A stretch of 64,000 bases of DNA from Podospora anserina. Lineage: Eukaryota. The position numbers were made by a program, and so were the translations under genes. The stretch lies in contig CM030336.1 in the NCBI GenBank assembly GCA_017654855.1, positions 2,356,001 through 2,420,000 of the forward strand, given 5' to 3'. Of this stretch, positions 62,210 to 64,000 are shown piece after piece (position 1 is the first letter of the stretch; each line of letters starts with the position of its first letter). A model generated the notes under the pieces. That model searched no databases and had not been told where the DNA came from. It saw only the letters and a list, made by a program, of their open reading frames with translations.

Positions 62210-62368
62210 CGAATTGGCTGACAGGTCCCTTATTTCGGTTTCAGGGGACGCAAAATATTCCCATTTAGGCCACTACCATCGCCCTCGACCGAATCCCTTT
62301 CCAAAGCCACCTACAGGCCAACACCAAACACACCCCGTCCACATCGACAGTCTCGGAGAATCGTCACC

Positions 62369-64000
62369 ATGGAGAAGGTCGAAAAGGTCACCGAAGCCCT
62401 CAAGAAGGCCACAATCGGCGGCGATGAGAAGAAGAAGGCCAAGAAGGAGAAGAAGGCCGCCCCTGCCGCCGATGCCAGCGCCGGCCCCCTCGAGATGAAC
62501 CCCCCTCCATCCTTCATCCAGGAGCGTATCGACCTGTTCGACCGCCTGTACAAGGAACAGCAGGAGGAAATCGCCAGTAGACCTCGCGAGGACATCACAA
62601 TCACAATGCCAGATGGCACCATCAAGGTCGGCAAATCGTACGAGACCACCCCCGCCGAAATTGCCAAGGGCATCTCCAACAGCCTCTTCAAGCGCACTGT
62701 TGTTGCGAGAATCGATGGCGAGACATTGTGGGATCTCGAGCGTCCCCTTGAGAAGAGCTGCAAGCTTGAGCTTCTGGACTTCAACGACGACCAGGGCAAG
62801 TTTGTCTTCTGGCATTCCAGCGCACATATTCTTGGCGAGGCCTGCGAGCGGAGGTTCGGTTGCTCGCTGTGCATTGGTCCCCCAGTGGACAATGGTTTCT
62901 ACTACGAAATGGCTCTGCCAGATGGTGCCGCTGTTCAGTCCACAGACTGGGCGCCACTTGAGAACATTGTCAGCAAGGTGGTCAAGGAGAAGCAGCCTTT
63001 CCAGAGACTCGAGATGAGCAAGGAGGACCTGCTCAAGATGTTTGCCTACAACAAGTACAAGCAGCACATCATCAAGGACAAGATTGAGGATGGCACCAAG
63101 ACCACAGTTTACAGGAACGGCCCCTTGATCGATTTGTGCAGAGGCCCCCACGTCCCCGACACTGGCAGAATCGAGGCTTTTGCCATCATGAAGAACTCGT
63201 CTTCTTACTTCCTCGGTGATGCGAACAACGACTCCCTTCAGAGAATCTACGGTGTATCTTTTCCCGACAAGAAGCAAATGGCTGCCCATAAGAAGTTTCT
63301 GGAGGAGGCCGCTAAGCGCGACCACCGCTTGATTGGCAAGCAGCAAGAGTTGTTCTATTTTGAGGAGTGCTCGCCCGGTTCGGCCATGTGGCTGCCCCAC
63401 GGTATGCGCATCCACAATGCGATTATGGATTACATCAAGGAGGAGTACTGGGCCCGTGGCTACGACGAGGTCATGACTCCCAATATGTTTAACGTGTCTC
63501 TTTGGGAGCAATCTGGCCACTTGGCGCATTACAAGGAGGACATGTTCCTTCTTGACGTGGACAAGGAGCAGTTCGGTCTCAAGCCCATGAACTGCCCGGC
63601 CCACGCCATGATGTTCCGTCACAGAGAGCGCAGTCACAAGGAACTTCCCCTCCGCCTTGCCGATTTCGGTGTCCTCCACCGTAACGAAGCCAGCGGTGCG
63701 CTCAGCGGTCTCACCAGAGTAAGAAGATTCCAGCAGGATGATGCCCACATCTTCTGTCGCGAGGACCAGATCAAGGAGGAAGTTGCCGATCTCTTCGACT
63801 TCATGCGCAAGTTCTACGGTATCCTCGGCCTCACATTCAAGCTCAAGCTTTCTACTCGCCCAGAAAAGTTCCTTGGTGAGATCGAGACATGGGACCGCGC
63901 CGAGTCTCGTCTTAAGGAGGCTCTTGACGAGTTTGCTGCCTCTGACAAGGATGGTGGTGTCTCTTGGGAGCTCAACCCTGGTGATGGTGCCTTCTACGGC
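62369..64000 (+). CDS. THS1: Threonyl-tRNA synthetase (5' part; runs off the window)
   Basis: Open frame from ATG 62369 to the end of the window. TGS domain (LWDLERPLE), [57 protein letters not shown] and GDGAFYG. Confidence 0.97.
   Translation, partial: MEKVEKVTEALKKATIGGDEKKKAKKEKKAAPAADASAGPLEMNPPPSFIQERIDLFDRLYKEQQEEIASRPREDITITMPDGTIKVGKSYETTPAEIAKGISNSLFKRTVVARIDGETLWDLERPLEKSCKLELLDFNDDQGKFVFWHSSAHILGEACERRFGCSLCIGPPVDNGFYYEMALPDGAAVQSTDWAPLENIVSKVVKEKQPFQRLEMSKEDLLKMFAYNKYKQHIIKDKIEDGTKTTVYRNGPLIDLCRGPHVPDTGRIEAFAIMKNSSSYFLGDANNDSLQRIYGVSFPDKKQMAAHKKFLEEAAKRDHRLIGKQQELFYFEECSPGSAMWLPHGMRIHNAIMDYIKEEYWARGYDEVMTPNMFNVSLWEQSGHLAHYKEDMFLLDVDKEQFGLKPMNCPAHAMMFRHRERSHKELPLRLADFGVLHRNEASGALSGLTRVRRFQQDDAHIFCREDQIKEEVADLFDFMRKFYGILGLTFKLKLSTRPEKFLGEIETWDRAESRLKEALDEFAASDKDGGVSWELNPGDGAFYG

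Noticed and set aside
62273..63748. 491-aa antisense ORF over THS1
   Set aside because: Same codon-bias shadow; the real CDS is on the plus strand and is absent from the track because it has no stop in the window.

Overview
Gene-dense chromosomal DNA from a filamentous ascomycete. Short GT-AG introns with CTAAC/CTGAC branch sites and the gene content suggest Sordariales, possibly Podospora-like (inference). The window holds about 21 protein genes, mostly housekeeping: a YIL108W-like metallopeptidase (partial), a Whi5/Stb1-like regulator, eIF2B-epsilon, Skn7, a single-pass membrane protein, a hypothetical protein, metacaspase, a SAK-type HAD protein, Bud20, aconitase, rhomboid, Gaa1, Rpn9, complex I 40 kDa subunit, Efm5, Ubp8, a LACTB2-like hydrolase, a Ytp1-like protein, an F-box/YccV protein and threonyl-tRNA synthetase (partial). 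There is also an intron-containing tRNA-Ser(UGA), a decayed ~2 kb pseudogene and several simple repeats. I found no transposon, CRISPR array or clearly new multi-gene system. The best leads are: two neighbouring genes that each need a +1 frame correction, a cryptic presequence-like extension on ThrRS, possible multi-organelle targeting of the LACTB2-like protein, a cryptic 'SAD' acceptor in a long metacaspase intron, microexons, and clustered cis-elements (GGGAGCT x4, TGACTCA, a CCAAT/HapX-type site). Exon boundaries were read by eye and family calls come from motif recognition, not database searches.
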